64,000 bases of DNA from Bdellovibrionales bacterium (GCA_964230645.1 CAXRHT010000003.1:672001-736000), one strand, 5' to 3'. Counted from the stretch's first letter, positions 48,913 to 59,256 are shown. The notes: generated by a model not told the origin, from the sequence alone. Made by a program: numbers and translations.

Positions 48913-49085
48913 TTTTATCTCCTTAGAACTTCTTTTATATATGTATCAAATCGGAACTTTAATGATCCTTGTTGAGTCCAGATCACTGTAAAATATTGAT
49001 CCCATAGGCAAAGGTCATAAGACTATGGGCCTGTCTTTTTTTTTAGTTTTCATATACAATTGGTTTCCTCAATAATAGGAAAGAG

Positions 49086-49952
49086 ATGGCAGATAAAACT
49101 GATGACAACGATGAAAATTCAAAACAGGATGCCAGTCAAGAGTCCGAAGAGTCTACCCAGGCGGACGAACCTAAAGCTCCCGATGAGTCTGAAAAAGATT
49201 TAGACCTAGACGAGGATCTTGCTGAGGCTCTTGGTGACGTCGATGGAGTTGCTAACGTAGGAGACGGGGAGGGCGATGTGGATAAGCTTCTCAATGAGGC
49301 TGATCCCAATTTTTCTTCGGAACTTGAAGAAATCGCCTCGACCGACTTTAGCAACGTGGTGATTGAAAAGAACAGTGCCGCCGATGAGGTGGATGAAAAC
49401 TCCAAGGCCCCATCACTTTTTCGCGCTTACCTTAACAACCTACCGAAAGACAGAAAGAATCGATATTTGGCCGCAGTCATAACGATTCTGATTTTGGTTC
49501 CGGCTGCCATTCTAGTGTTTTACGGAAGGCTTTTACCACAGTTCGACCTTCCCTTTTATCTTTCTATGAATGAGCTCACCCAAAAAGTTCATGTCTATGA
49601 TTTAGAGGAAGATCAAATACCACTTTTTGACTCTTTTAGAAACAACACCGTTACCTGGTCTATGCCCAAAGCTATGATCAATCTTCGTTCACAGTCAGAC
49701 CAGCCCGTGTATGGTCAATTTGAGTTTTTCCTAGTTCTTCGAGACAAGGAAGTAGAAAGCACGGTTAAAGCAAACGAAACCGAGATACTTGACCGTGTTC
49801 AAAGAATTCTAGAACAAATGAGTTGGACAGAGTTAAAAGATCCTCTTGGTAAAGAGAGAGTAAAAAAAGTATTGCGCCATCAATTGAACGAATACTTCCA
49901 AGGGAATTACGTCATTGGCGTATATTATCGATCCGTTCTTTTACAAAAATAA
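49086..49952 (+). CDS. FliL-like flagellar basal body-associated protein
   Basis: Acidic N-terminus, TM helix, MINL, EILDRV...EL..PLGKERVK..L...LN, VYY. Confidence 0.7.
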   Translation: MADKTDDNDENSKQDASQESEESTQADEPKAPDESEKDLDLDEDLAEALGDVDGVANVGDGEGDVDKLLNEADPNFSSELEEIASTDFSNVVIEKNSAADEVDENSKAPSLFRAYLNNLPKDRKNRYLAAVITILILVPAAILVFYGRLLPQFDLPFYLSMNELTQKVHVYDLEEDQIPLFDSFRNNTVTWSMPKAMINLRSQSDQPVYGQFEFFLVLRDKEVESTVKANETEILDRVQRILEQMSWTELKDPLGKERVKKVLRHQLNEYFQGNYVIGVYYRSVLLQK

Positions 49953-50006
49953 AGTTTCATAAAAAGTTAAGCTCAATCCAGTTAGAAGGTTTGAGCCTGC
50001 TATCCA

Positions 50007-52460
50007 TTAAGGTCCCCAAACTTTAAATTCAAAGCCCTTAATGTCTTTTAGGATTTCACGGTTTTTGAAGAAGATACTGTTTTTGAAAACTTCGTATTCA
50101 CTTTTTGGTACCACTTCAGTTGTATCATCAAGAAAAGTCGCTTTGACCTCGATCACTGACTCGCCTTCCTTGAGATCGAGATTAAAAGTTGTAAGCACAT
50201 TTTCAATAGCAACCTGAACGACTTTGTCCAAAGCAGGAGAATAGTCATCTAAGCACACTGGAAAAGACTGTGAATTGTTGCTACCAAGAACACTGACTAA
50301 CTCCTCATAACGTCGGCCCGCTGAAAGAGAAGGGGGCGCTTGGCAGGTTGGATCGTTAGAGGGGTGGATAAAAAAGCTAGTGAAAAAGCCATTTTTACCA
50401 TGAATTTCCATGAGTTTGTTAGCAACAGCTCTGGGCAGTTCGTTTTCAGAATTAGCACCAACTAATTCGCCAATAGAGCTTTTTTGCTTAGCAAGAGTTT
50501 GCTTTTTAATTGTACCGGTTTCTCGAGTTCCTTGCAGAAGACGACAGCTTCCGTATTTAATCTTATCGGACTCGATGCCAGAGCATCGACGAGCGATCTC
50601 GGTATTGTTCGAGCAAAAGTTGACATCAGTTAGATTGCTCACCGTGCATGAAGGTCGAGACACAGATTTGTCTTCACAGCTTCGGCTGCAGGAAATAACA
50701 GGTCCTCGAGCATCAGCTTCAACCGAATCCATATCACCACTACAACTTGAGGAGTTTGTGCAACTTTCTCCTGCACCTAAATTGATAGTTAGACTATCAT
50801 TAACAGGGCGGGAATCACATTTTACCTGACAGCTTTCAATGTCTTCTGATTCAATTCTAAATCGGCGGGCAATCTCATCCCACTCCCTTGAGCCGCATGA
50901 GTCAGGAAGCTGACTGCAGCTTTTAGAGCTACTCCAGTTGATTTCTTTATTTATTTCATCTGGTTTACAAGAGTAGTTACAGGTGATTTGAGATTTATCC
51001 ACTTTCAGTAAAGAGGCCATTCTTCCTTTATGCTCTTCGCTGCAAGAACTTGAAGAGGAGCAACTGCTCTTTTCATTCCAATAGGTTCTAGAAACACTTT
51101 CAGTATCGGTACCACATGTTTTTTTACAGTTTCTGATTTCACTACTATTCAAGCTTGTAGCATTCAACACGGCTTGAAGGTCCTCGTTATCACAATTGGT
51201 CTCGCTATCTTGGTCGACAGGACAGAGAACATCTTGGTTAGGAACACGACTTTTCGCCAAATTTTCAGAAACAAAATTGGAATCACATTTTACCTGGCAG
51301 GAATGTACCTCGCTCGGGGAAATTCCAAAGGCTTTTGCAGCCTCTAACAATTCGTTTGAGTCACAGGAAGTATACGAGGAACCATTACTGCAGCTACCAG
51401 CGACTTGCACTGGTTTTACTGTCGCATTTCCACAGGGCTCTTTGATATTGTCTCTATAACAGTATTTGTCGACTTTAAAATTGATACTGGCCACTTTCTT
51501 TTCAAAGCGAATACTATTGTCACCAATTTGCTTAGTTCCTTTGACCCACTCTCTAATGCGGTGACCTTTAAAATCGAGTTTTACGGAATTGTCTTGGTAA
51601 GTATAATTCAGCTTTTTCTGTTTGATAATATCATCTTCTTGTTCGACTCGTGCCTTAAAGACACAGTCTGCAGATCCGGGAGAACAAGACTCTGTTTTCG
51701 AGTCACCCACAAACTGGGTTTCTTGACTGGTCTCAAACACACAGCTATCGAAGCTTGTGGCATCGTCCTCATTGGTTGCAAGGACATACAAATGATAGGC
51801 CGAGTTGTTTGGGTCATCGTACTTATTACTTTCATAGGCCTTCTTCAACAGAGTACAGAGACCCTGCTCTTTGTCTGCGCCATCTGTGCCTAGGTTTGCC
51901 ACAGACGCTGTGTAGCGGTCTTTGAAGTCTTGAAAGTCATCTTTAGAAAATTCATATTTTAAATTCTTTCGGCCCTCAAACCAAGAGTCAGCAATTCGAA
52001 AACTTTCTTTTTCTACATAGTTGGTATTTGGCGGAATAAGATCTTTGTCTTCAGGGCTAAGCTTTACATCGTTCCCCTTGTCATCTTGATAAACATAAAA
52101 CTTTTCAGCCTTGGTGGATGATTTATCATCACTGTGACTGGTGGTGTAAAGAGAGGCTTCCACATTAAAGCCTTTTACTTGGTCGATCGCGTTTGTGAAT
52201 CCAGAGACAATATCAGTGTGAATTTGTTGGGTACTGTAGGAGTTATCCATGATGGTGGTGAGATGAATGGGCGGGCGGTTTTTGGCGAGATTGGGATCGA
52301 TTTCTAAAAAGCGAACATAGCCGAAACCAAATGGATTTTCAGAGCTCGCTGATTGGTCAAAGGACACTTCATTTTGACCACAGTTTTGAAATAAAAATCC
52401 TAAAAAGACGATAACCCCAAACCATAGAATAACGACTTTTTTTCCCATAATTTCCCCCAT
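50007..52460 (-). CDS. Large lipoprotein, VWA-like domain interrupted by Cys-rich repeats
   Basis: FQNC signal; MDNSYS (DxSxS), EQGLC, TNEDD; central Cys repeats; C-terminal AGRRYEEL, VCLDDYS. Confidence 0.75.
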   Translation of the reverse strand: MGEIMGKKVVILWFGVIVFLGFLFQNCGQNEVSFDQSASSENPFGFGYVRFLEIDPNLAKNRPPIHLTTIMDNSYSTQQIHTDIVSGFTNAIDQVKGFNVEASLYTTSHSDDKSSTKAEKFYVYQDDKGNDVKLSPEDKDLIPPNTNYVEKESFRIADSWFEGRKNLKYEFSKDDFQDFKDRYTASVANLGTDGADKEQGLCTLLKKAYESNKYDDPNNSAYHLYVLATNEDDATSFDSCVFETSQETQFVGDSKTESCSPGSADCVFKARVEQEDDIIKQKKLNYTYQDNSVKLDFKGHRIREWVKGTKQIGDNSIRFEKKVASINFKVDKYCYRDNIKEPCGNATVKPVQVAGSCSNGSSYTSCDSNELLEAAKAFGISPSEVHSCQVKCDSNFVSENLAKSRVPNQDVLCPVDQDSETNCDNEDLQAVLNATSLNSSEIRNCKKTCGTDTESVSRTYWNEKSSCSSSSSCSEEHKGRMASLLKVDKSQITCNYSCKPDEINKEINWSSSKSCSQLPDSCGSREWDEIARRFRIESEDIESCQVKCDSRPVNDSLTINLGAGESCTNSSSCSGDMDSVEADARGPVISCSRSCEDKSVSRPSCTVSNLTDVNFCSNNTEIARRCSGIESDKIKYGSCRLLQGTRETGTIKKQTLAKQKSSIGELVGANSENELPRAVANKLMEIHGKNGFFTSFFIHPSNDPTCQAPPSLSAGRRYEELVSVLGSNNSQSFPVCLDDYSPALDKVVQVAIENVLTTFNLDLKEGESVIEVKATFLDDTTEVVPKSEYEVFKNSIFFKNREILKDIKGFEFKVWGP

Positions 52461-52582
52461 AACGCACAGATAATATCAATAATATTATTCTATACCTCCA
52501 GGGGGCAAAAACAAACTATGGTCTCATTTTGATAAACTAAGGTCTTTGTTTTTCTCTACTTTTCTCAATTTTAGAAGAGATA

Positions 52583-53887
52583 TCATCCAATTTTTCCCCT
52601 CTTTTTAAACAAAGTGGGGTCGATGGCATAGGCCTTTAGTTTGTCGTGAAGTGTGGACTTGGGCATTTTGAGCTCTTCAGCCACTTTGCGTTGGTTGCCA
52701 AAGTGCTTTTGGAGTTGGGAGAGAATGAGATTGCGCTCCATTTCCTTTAGGGGAGGGAGTTCTTTATCTCCGTCACTGCCATTCATGGGAAAGGTGCCAT
52801 TGGCTTGGTGGTGATGTTGATCTTTTTCAATAATTTGCTCTAAGTCTTCTTCCTCAATCCGTTTTCCAGGGAAATAGGCCGCAGCCCTGATGATCACATT
52901 TTTAAGTTCTCGAATGTTTCCGGGCCAAGTGTGATTTTTCATTCTTTCAATAGCTCTAAAAGTAAAGCCAACCTTTTGGTCCCTTGCAAATTGGTAAAGG
53001 AGAGCCTCAAAGTCTTCCATACGATGAACTAAAGATGGGGGAGTCACTCGACAGATATTGAGACGATGATAAAGGTCCTCCCGAAATTCTTTTTTAAATA
53101 CTTTCTGTTTCAAATTTTTATGGGTAGCAGCAATAATTCGAACGTTGGTACTAATACTTTTATCTGAACCGACCGGGCGGATTTCATTGTTTTCAAGGGC
53201 TCTTAAAAGTTTAGGCTGAAGAGAAAGGGGAAGGTCGCCGATCTCATCAAGAAAAAGAGTCCCACCTCTTGCGGCTTCAAAGGCTCCTTTACGATCTTCA
53301 GTAGCTCCTGTAAAAGCGCCCCGCACGTGACCAAAGAGTTCACTCTCAATAAGATTCTCACTCAAAGCGCTGCAATTAATGGTGATGTAAGGAGCGTCGG
53401 CTCTGTTGGAGTTATCATGAAGCCAACGGGAAACAATTTCCTTTCCTGATCCTGAGGGGCCGAGCACGAGAACCGTGAAATCGGTGTTGGCTATAGCAGG
53501 AAGTCGTTGCAGTTGTAGATCCCAATCTTTATTTTTACTTTTCATAGGATCATTCTGGTGTTTGAGTTTTGAAAAAACAAAAAGACTCTCACCCACAAGC
53601 ACTTTGTCATTGTTTTGTAGATAGGCCTCAATCACCCCCGTTCCGTTCACATAAACACCATTTCGTGACTGCATATCGCGAAGTAAAAATCCCCGAGGCC
53701 GCTTTTCAATGCGAAGATGACGGCCCGAGATAAATGGGTCATCAATACTAATAGTGTTCGATTCGTCGCGACCGATGGTCAAAAAATCCCCGACCTCATA
53801 GGACTCTTGCTGGTTTTTGTTGATGGGAAGTAAGTAAGCTTTCTGAATTTTTTCCTGGTGGGGATGAGAAACTTTTTGTGTTTCCAT
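52583..53887 (-). CDS. FHA-domain sigma54-dependent transcriptional activator
   Basis: FHA (IGR, SGRH, SRNG), GPSGSGKE, GAFTGA, LFLDEIG, WPGNIREL, Fis-type HTH; ATG 53887 after AAAGGAG. Confidence 0.92.
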   Translation of the reverse strand: METQKVSHPHQEKIQKAYLLPINKNQQESYEVGDFLTIGRDESNTISIDDPFISGRHLRIEKRPRGFLLRDMQSRNGVYVNGTGVIEAYLQNNDKVLVGESLFVFSKLKHQNDPMKSKNKDWDLQLQRLPAIANTDFTVLVLGPSGSGKEIVSRWLHDNSNRADAPYITINCSALSENLIESELFGHVRGAFTGATEDRKGAFEAARGGTLFLDEIGDLPLSLQPKLLRALENNEIRPVGSDKSISTNVRIIAATHKNLKQKVFKKEFREDLYHRLNICRVTPPSLVHRMEDFEALLYQFARDQKVGFTFRAIERMKNHTWPGNIRELKNVIIRAAAYFPGKRIEEEDLEQIIEKDQHHHQANGTFPMNGSDGDKELPPLKEMERNLILSQLQKHFGNQRKVAEELKMPKSTLHDKLKAYAIDPTLFKKRGKIG

Positions 53888-53915
53888 AAATTCTCCTTTT
53901 TTGAATAGGGAGTAC

Positions 53916-53931
53916 TTCAAGCTCTGTGCCA
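53916..53931 (-). promoter_or_regulatory. Possible sigma54 promoter
   Basis: Minus strand TGGCACAGAGCTTGAA (perfect -24 box, imperfect -12). Confidence 0.45.
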
Positions 53932-54035
53932 GCAAATCGGTCGTCTAAAGTTGTTTTTTCCGGTTTTCAGGTGAAAATTTGTCCGAAATCCAAATTTTCG
54001 GATTTAATTTTCAAAAATTTCAGTTACAAGGGTCT

Positions 54036-54599
54036 ATGTCCAAAGTTCAATTCGTTCAAAGTGCCACTCGCTTAGATCAATTTCCCCCCGGAAAAATGCC
54101 CGAAGTGGCCATCGCCGGTCGGTCGAATTCGGGAAAGTCCTCTTTTATAAACACCATTGCCGGCCAAAAAGTCGCCAAAGTCAGTGGAACTCCTGGGAAA
54201 ACGAGGCTCCTCAATATCTTTGATGTAGAAAAGAAGTTTTGGCTCGTTGATATGCCAGGATATGGCTATGCCGCTAGATCTCATAAAGAAAGAGGCGACT
54301 GGGAAAAGATGATCGAAGACTATTTGGTCCAATCCGAAAAGCTCAAAGGCTTGATTTTACTAAAAGACATCCGCCGAAAGTGGACGGAAGAAGAGGACAT
54401 GATCCTCGATTTCTGCACCTCAATGAATATGGGCTTAATAGTAGGCCTAACCAAGGCCGATAAACTCTCAAGATCCAAATGGAAATCCGAGGTTCTAAAA
54501 CTCAACAAAGAACTCGATCGCCCCGTCTACGCCCTATCCTCCCTGAAACGATGGGGAACCTACGATATTATAGGCCACGTCCTGCAAAACTGGGTGTAA
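54036..54599 (+). CDS. engB: Ribosome biogenesis GTPase YihA/YsxC
   Basis: PEVAIAGRSNSGKSS, PGKTR, VDMPGYGY, TKADK. Confidence 0.93.
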   Translation: MSKVQFVQSATRLDQFPPGKMPEVAIAGRSNSGKSSFINTIAGQKVAKVSGTPGKTRLLNIFDVEKKFWLVDMPGYGYAARSHKERGDWEKMIEDYLVQSEKLKGLILLKDIRRKWTEEEDMILDFCTSMNMGLIVGLTKADKLSRSKWKSEVLKLNKELDRPVYALSSLKRWGTYDIIGHVLQNWV

Positions 54600-54611
54600 T
54601 CGACGAGGGGG

Positions 54612-54787
54612 GCCCCGGCCCGTTGGGCTTGAGAATTTAGAGGAAGCTTTTGGCCGAGGCACGCACCCGGGTGCACGGCGTCTCCCGGATTGCACCACTA
54701 CGTGGCGCAACCCAAGATACGCAGCGCTCGTTGCTCGAGCCTCGTCCAAAAGCTTCCTCTAAATTCTCAAGCCCAACGGGCCGGGGC
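54612..54787. repeat. Long intergenic inverted repeat (49-bp arms, 1 mismatch, 78-bp multi-hairpin spacer)
   Basis: 54612-54660 versus 54739-54787. Confidence 0.95.
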
Positions 54788-54887
54788 GTGCTTTGAAGTG
54801 ATTTTCCAGAGGGAAACTTTTCTAAAATTCATGACAAGTTTGGAGCTGGTTGTTATACCTTCTGGAATTATTGAAATTTAGGAGTCT

Positions 54888-55640
54888 ATGTCAGAAGTCG
54901 TCGCCGTTATTCCCGTTCGATATGGGGCTCAAAGGTTTCCAGGTAAAGCGCTGGCCCCCATTTTAGAAAAACCCATGGTCCAATGGGTTATTGAAGGGGT
55001 GTCTCAAGCTCAGAATATCAAAAAAATCATTGTGGCCACAGACGATGAGCGAATTGCTAAGGTCTGTGAGAAGCTCTCCGTGGAAGTGGAAATGACAGAT
55101 TCGGACTTAGCGTCGGGCAGTGACAGGGTCTATCAAGCCGTAAAAAATCGCCCGGAATCGCTCATATTAAATATACAAGGGGATGAGCCTCTTATAAGTG
55201 GTCAGTTGATCGACCAGATGGCTCAGGCCATGTTGGATTCTCAAGACTGGGAGATGCTAACCCTGGGCCGGACAATCAATGAGAAAGAGCTTCAGAGTCC
55301 TAATACCGCTAAAATCGTTCTCAACGAGAGTCAGCAGGCTCTTTATTTTAGCCGTCACCCCATTCCCTATTCGCGCCAAGAAATGGGAGAAGAAGAGCCC
55401 GCTTGCTTGAAGCACATAGGGATCTATGGGTATAAAAAAGAGTTTTTAGAAAAATTCTGCCAAACGGCTGTTTCGCCGGCGGAACAGATGGAAGGACTTG
55501 AGCAATTGCGAGCCCTTCACATCGGTGGGCGAATTAAAGTTTTAAAAGTCGATTATGAAAGCTGGGGAGTGGATGTCCCCGCAGATATTGAAGTGGTTGA
55601 AAAGTTACTAAAGGAAAGACATGGCTACAAAGAAAAGTAA
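54888..55640 (+). CDS. kdsB: 3-deoxy-manno-octulosonate cytidylyltransferase
   Basis: [44 protein letters not shown]. Confidence 0.94.
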   Translation: MSEVVAVIPVRYGAQRFPGKALAPILEKPMVQWVIEGVSQAQNIKKIIVATDDERIAKVCEKLSVEVEMTDSDLASGSDRVYQAVKNRPESLILNIQGDEPLISGQLIDQMAQAMLDSQDWEMLTLGRTINEKELQSPNTAKIVLNESQQALYFSRHPIPYSRQEMGEEEPACLKHIGIYGYKKEFLEKFCQTAVSPAEQMEGLEQLRALHIGGRIKVLKVDYESWGVDVPADIEVVEKLLKERHGYKEK

Positions 55641-57372
55641 TAAAAAGGTGAAGAAGAAAAAGTCTCCTCGTGTTTCAAGAAAGAAGCCTTTGACTCAAAA
55701 ATTCATTTTCGTAACCGGTGGAGTTGTGTCTTCCATAGGTAAAGGTTTGTCAGCGGCAAGCCTTGGAACTTTATTAGAAGCTAGAGGTTACAAAGTGACA
55801 TTGATGAAGTGTGATCCCTATATCAATGTGGATCCGGGAACCATGTCTCCATTTCAACATGGAGAAGTTTTTGTAACTGATGATGGGGCGGAAACAGATC
55901 TTGATCTTGGACACTACGAGCGTTTTACCTCCATTTATTTAAATCAATCCAACTCAACCACCGCCGGGCAAATTTACGATAGCGTTATCAAAAAAGAAAG
56001 ACGAGGCGATTATCTGGGAGGAACCGTGCAGGTGATTCCCCATATCACTGAGGAAATCAAGTCTCGTATTTTTGAAGCGGCTCAGGGTTCAGAAATTTGT
56101 ATCGTTGAAATCGGAGGAACTATTGGAGACATTGAAGGTCTTCCTTTTATTGAAGCCATCCGGCAAATGCGAGTGGATTTAGGTGTGGAAAACACACTTT
56201 ACGTTCACGTGACTTACGTTCCTTTTATTGCCGCTGCGGGTGAGTTAAAAAGTAAGCCCACACAGCACTCGGTGAAGGCTTTAAGGGAAGTAGGGATTCA
56301 GCCTGACATCCTCATTTGTCGAAGTGAGCACAATATTCCTCATGATATTAAATCTAAAATTGGATTGTTTTGTAGTATTCGTCCCGAGTACGTGATCAGT
56401 GCTTATGATGCCGACTCTATTTACGAAGTGCCGATCATGCTTCATGATGAAGGCTTCGACGACAAAGTGGTGGATGTACTTGATCTCGACACGAAAAAAC
56501 CAGATCTTACTCAATGGAAAAAAATGGTTTCCACCATTCGATCTCCGAACAAATATGTAAATATTGGAATTGTTGGTAAGTACACCAATCTAAAGGAGAG
56601 TTACAAATCTCTCAATGAAGCTCTTGTTCACGGTGGGATCGCCAGTGACGCTCGAGTTAATATTACCTACATAAACTCTGAGAAATTGACAGCTGGAAAT
56701 GTGGAAAAACATCTTTACGGTGTGGATGGAATCTTAGTTCCTGGCGGTTTTGGAGAAAGAGGGGCGGAAGGTAAGATGATTGCCATTCAATACGCCAGGG
56801 AAAACAATGTTCCCTTCTTTGGGATTTGTTTTGGTATGCAGCTGGCAGCCATCGAGTTCGCCCGCAACGTTTGTGGTTTGAAAAATGCCACAAGCCGCGA
56901 ATTTGAAGATGATGTCAAAGGCCAAAGAAACCTCGTTGTCAATTATATGAAAGAGCAAAAGGGTCTCGACAAAAAAGGTGGAACCATGCGCCTGGGAGCC
57001 TTTGCCTGTGCTTTGGAGAAGGGCTCTTTTGTTAAGAAAATCTATAAAAAGTCCGTTATCAAAGAGCGTCATCGCCATCGCTTTGAGTTTAACAATAAGT
57101 TTCGAGCTCTTTTTAAGAAAAATGGTATGGACCTTTCTGGAATTTGCGAAGAACGAGATTTGGTCGAGATCATTGAAATTCCGGATCATATGTTTTTCGT
57201 GGGTGTGCAGTTTCATCCCGAGTTTAAGTCAAAGCCACTAGAGCCTCATCCTCTCTTCACGCAATTTGTGAAGTCATCAATGGAGAATCGTGACTTAGCC
57301 AAACCAGAGAAAAAATCGGAGTCCAAGCCTAAGAGGCGTTCCGCTAGTATGGATTCCTCAGTTTCAGTGTAG
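55621..57372 (+). CDS. pyrG: CTP synthase
   Basis: [48 protein letters not shown]. Confidence 0.97.
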   Translation: MATKKSNKKVKKKKSPRVSRKKPLTQKFIFVTGGVVSSIGKGLSAASLGTLLEARGYKVTLMKCDPYINVDPGTMSPFQHGEVFVTDDGAETDLDLGHYERFTSIYLNQSNSTTAGQIYDSVIKKERRGDYLGGTVQVIPHITEEIKSRIFEAAQGSEICIVEIGGTIGDIEGLPFIEAIRQMRVDLGVENTLYVHVTYVPFIAAAGELKSKPTQHSVKALREVGIQPDILICRSEHNIPHDIKSKIGLFCSIRPEYVISAYDADSIYEVPIMLHDEGFDDKVVDVLDLDTKKPDLTQWKKMVSTIRSPNKYVNIGIVGKYTNLKESYKSLNEALVHGGIASDARVNITYINSEKLTAGNVEKHLYGVDGILVPGGFGERGAEGKMIAIQYARENNVPFFGICFGMQLAAIEFARNVCGLKNATSREFEDDVKGQRNLVVNYMKEQKGLDKKGGTMRLGAFACALEKGSFVKKIYKKSVIKERHRHRFEFNNKFRALFKKNGMDLSGICEERDLVEIIEIPDHMFFVGVQFHPEFKSKPLEPHPLFTQFVKSSMENRDLAKPEKKSESKPKRRSASMDSSVSV

Positions 57373-57378
57373 GTGTTT

Positions 57379-58347
57379 ATGACAAGTCTTGATGAAGCCA
57401 AAAGAGTCCTAGAGATTGAAGCTCAAGCTATTTTAGATTTAAAAGATCGTTTGGATGAATCTTTTGAGAAAGCAGTGAAACTTTTGTGTGAGTGCAAAGG
57501 GAAAGTTGTAGTGGCCGGTATGGGAAAGTCGGGACATGTCGGTCGTAAATTAGCGGCTACTTTAAGTTCCACAGGTACCCCTTCCTTATTCTTACATCCA
57601 GCGGAAAGCTCTCATGGCGATCTAGGGGTTGTGACGGAAGGGGACTGTCTGGTTGTAATTAGTTACGGGGGAGGCTCTCAGGAGCTTCAAGATCTTTTAA
57701 CCTATGCTACAAGAAAAGGTCTTTCCCTAATTGCCATGACAGGAAACCAAGAGAGTGATCTTGCCAAGGCAGCCACTGTTTCTTTAGACATCAAGGTGAA
57801 GGAAGAAGCCTGTCCGTTAAAGCTAGCTCCGACTTCAAGCTCCACTGTTTCACTCGCCCTTGGTGACGCGCTCGCCATGGCAGCTCTTAAGAAAAAGGGC
57901 TTCAAAGAAGAGGACTTTGCCGAATTTCACCCCGGAGGCAAGCTTGGAAGAAGGCTACTCACCCGAGTTAGTGACCTTATGCATGACAATGGCGGCCTTC
58001 CGGTTGTCAGTGAAAATGATTCTATGAAAGCCATCGTTGGAAAAATGACGGGGAGTCATGTTCGAGGGGTCGCCGGGGTGGTTGATTCCGAAGGTTTTCT
58101 AAAGGGAGTCATCACTGATGGAGATATCCGTCGACATCTCGAAAAAAATCAAAACCCATTGGAAGCGGAAGTCTCTGAGCTGATGTCGACTCGTCCCAAA
58201 ACGATCGATAAAAACGAATTGGCTGTTAAAGCTCTTTTTATCATGGAGCAGTTTTCGATTCAGTCACTTTTCGTGGTCGACAGTGAAAGTAATAAACCCG
58301 TCGGGCTCATTCATCTACAAGATCTCATTCGAGCAAAGATTCGGTAG
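57379..58347 (+). CDS. kdsD: Arabinose-5-phosphate isomerase (KpsF/GutQ, SIS + 2 CBS)
   Basis: GMGKSGH, HGDLG, EACP..LAPT, FHPGG.LG, TDGDIRR. Confidence 0.94.
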   Translation: MTSLDEAKRVLEIEAQAILDLKDRLDESFEKAVKLLCECKGKVVVAGMGKSGHVGRKLAATLSSTGTPSLFLHPAESSHGDLGVVTEGDCLVVISYGGGSQELQDLLTYATRKGLSLIAMTGNQESDLAKAATVSLDIKVKEEACPLKLAPTSSSTVSLALGDALAMAALKKKGFKEEDFAEFHPGGKLGRRLLTRVSDLMHDNGGLPVVSENDSMKAIVGKMTGSHVRGVAGVVDSEGFLKGVITDGDIRRHLEKNQNPLEAEVSELMSTRPKTIDKNELAVKALFIMEQFSIQSLFVVDSESNKPVGLIHLQDLIRAKIR

Positions 58348-58464
58348 TCACTCGATTCCAGATAATCACCACAAAAAGCAACATTGTTGACAGGCTCAAT
58401 AAGGAGACAAGTTTTTCTTTCTCAGGCAGAGTATTTTCGAACTGTTTGAAAAAGGAGAACGACA

Positions 58465-58938
58465 ATGAAAATTTTAATCTCAAGTTTAATATACCTATCT
58501 TTTTGCACGGCTTTCGCTCAGGTGCCTGAAACCGAGATCACCTGTGATTTTAGGGAGGCTGGAAACTTTGCCAACATTCAAAGGGTCAGTCTTATCTCAG
58601 GAGATCCTGGGTTCGTGAAGGTCATTTACACCAATGGGGATGTTGAATCTTTTAAGCCCCTCTCGGGTGTTGGAGGACTTTTTAATCAGATCCGTTTTTC
58701 ACCGGTAGTCTCCAACGAAAATAACTCAAGGTCTTTTACATTTTTACAGCTGGACACTCGCCACTCTAACATTGGAGAGTTTCATGCGGCCTACGCTTGT
58801 AATAAGTCTTTTACTACTTTTTGCAATGGATTTAGTGGCGACAAAACCCCCATCGCTCGTGTGACTTTAAATATTGATGGAGCTGTCTTGAAATTTAATG
58901 GATCCTCATTACCTTATTGTGAAAGAAAAGATATTTAA
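58465..58938 (+). CDS. Secreted hypothetical protein
   Basis: Signal peptide ending AFA-Q, AAGGAG RBS, four Cys in the mature region. Confidence 0.7.
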   Translation: MKILISSLIYLSFCTAFAQVPETEITCDFREAGNFANIQRVSLISGDPGFVKVIYTNGDVESFKPLSGVGGLFNQIRFSPVVSNENNSRSFTFLQLDTRHSNIGEFHAAYACNKSFTTFCNGFSGDKTPIARVTLNIDGAVLKFNGSSLPYCERKDI

Positions 58939-59214
58939 CCTCTTGAAATAGCCTCCCTCAGGGCCTCTTCCAGGCCCTGTACTCATCCCCCTCTACTCGA
59001 AATAAAATTTTATCTTTATATATAAGGACAATATCAAAATTAAAAAAGTCCTTAACTTAAAATGTGTTTCGTTATGAAACAATTAAGTATTGTCTCAATA
59101 CAAAACGCGCTAGGTTTTAATTTTTCACTCCCACGCAAGAATTGTCGTTTTGCAAATTAGCACTGTTCTTTTTTTAAAAATACTTTTTGTATGGCTAAAT
59201 AACCACACTTTTTC

Positions 59215-59230
59215 TGGCCTACCCCTTGCA
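59215..59230 (+). promoter_or_regulatory. Putative sigma54 promoter
   Basis: TGGCCTACCCCTTGCA, GG-N10-GC. Confidence 0.6.
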
Positions 59231-59256
59231 ATTAACCATGTCAAAAGGAGCAATAA

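Noticed and set aside
52583..52820. Mild A/C-ending codon bias at the 3' end of the FHA-sigma54 activator
   Set aside because: Much weaker than the five reported halos and no adjacent hairpin; cannot be separated from noise by eye.
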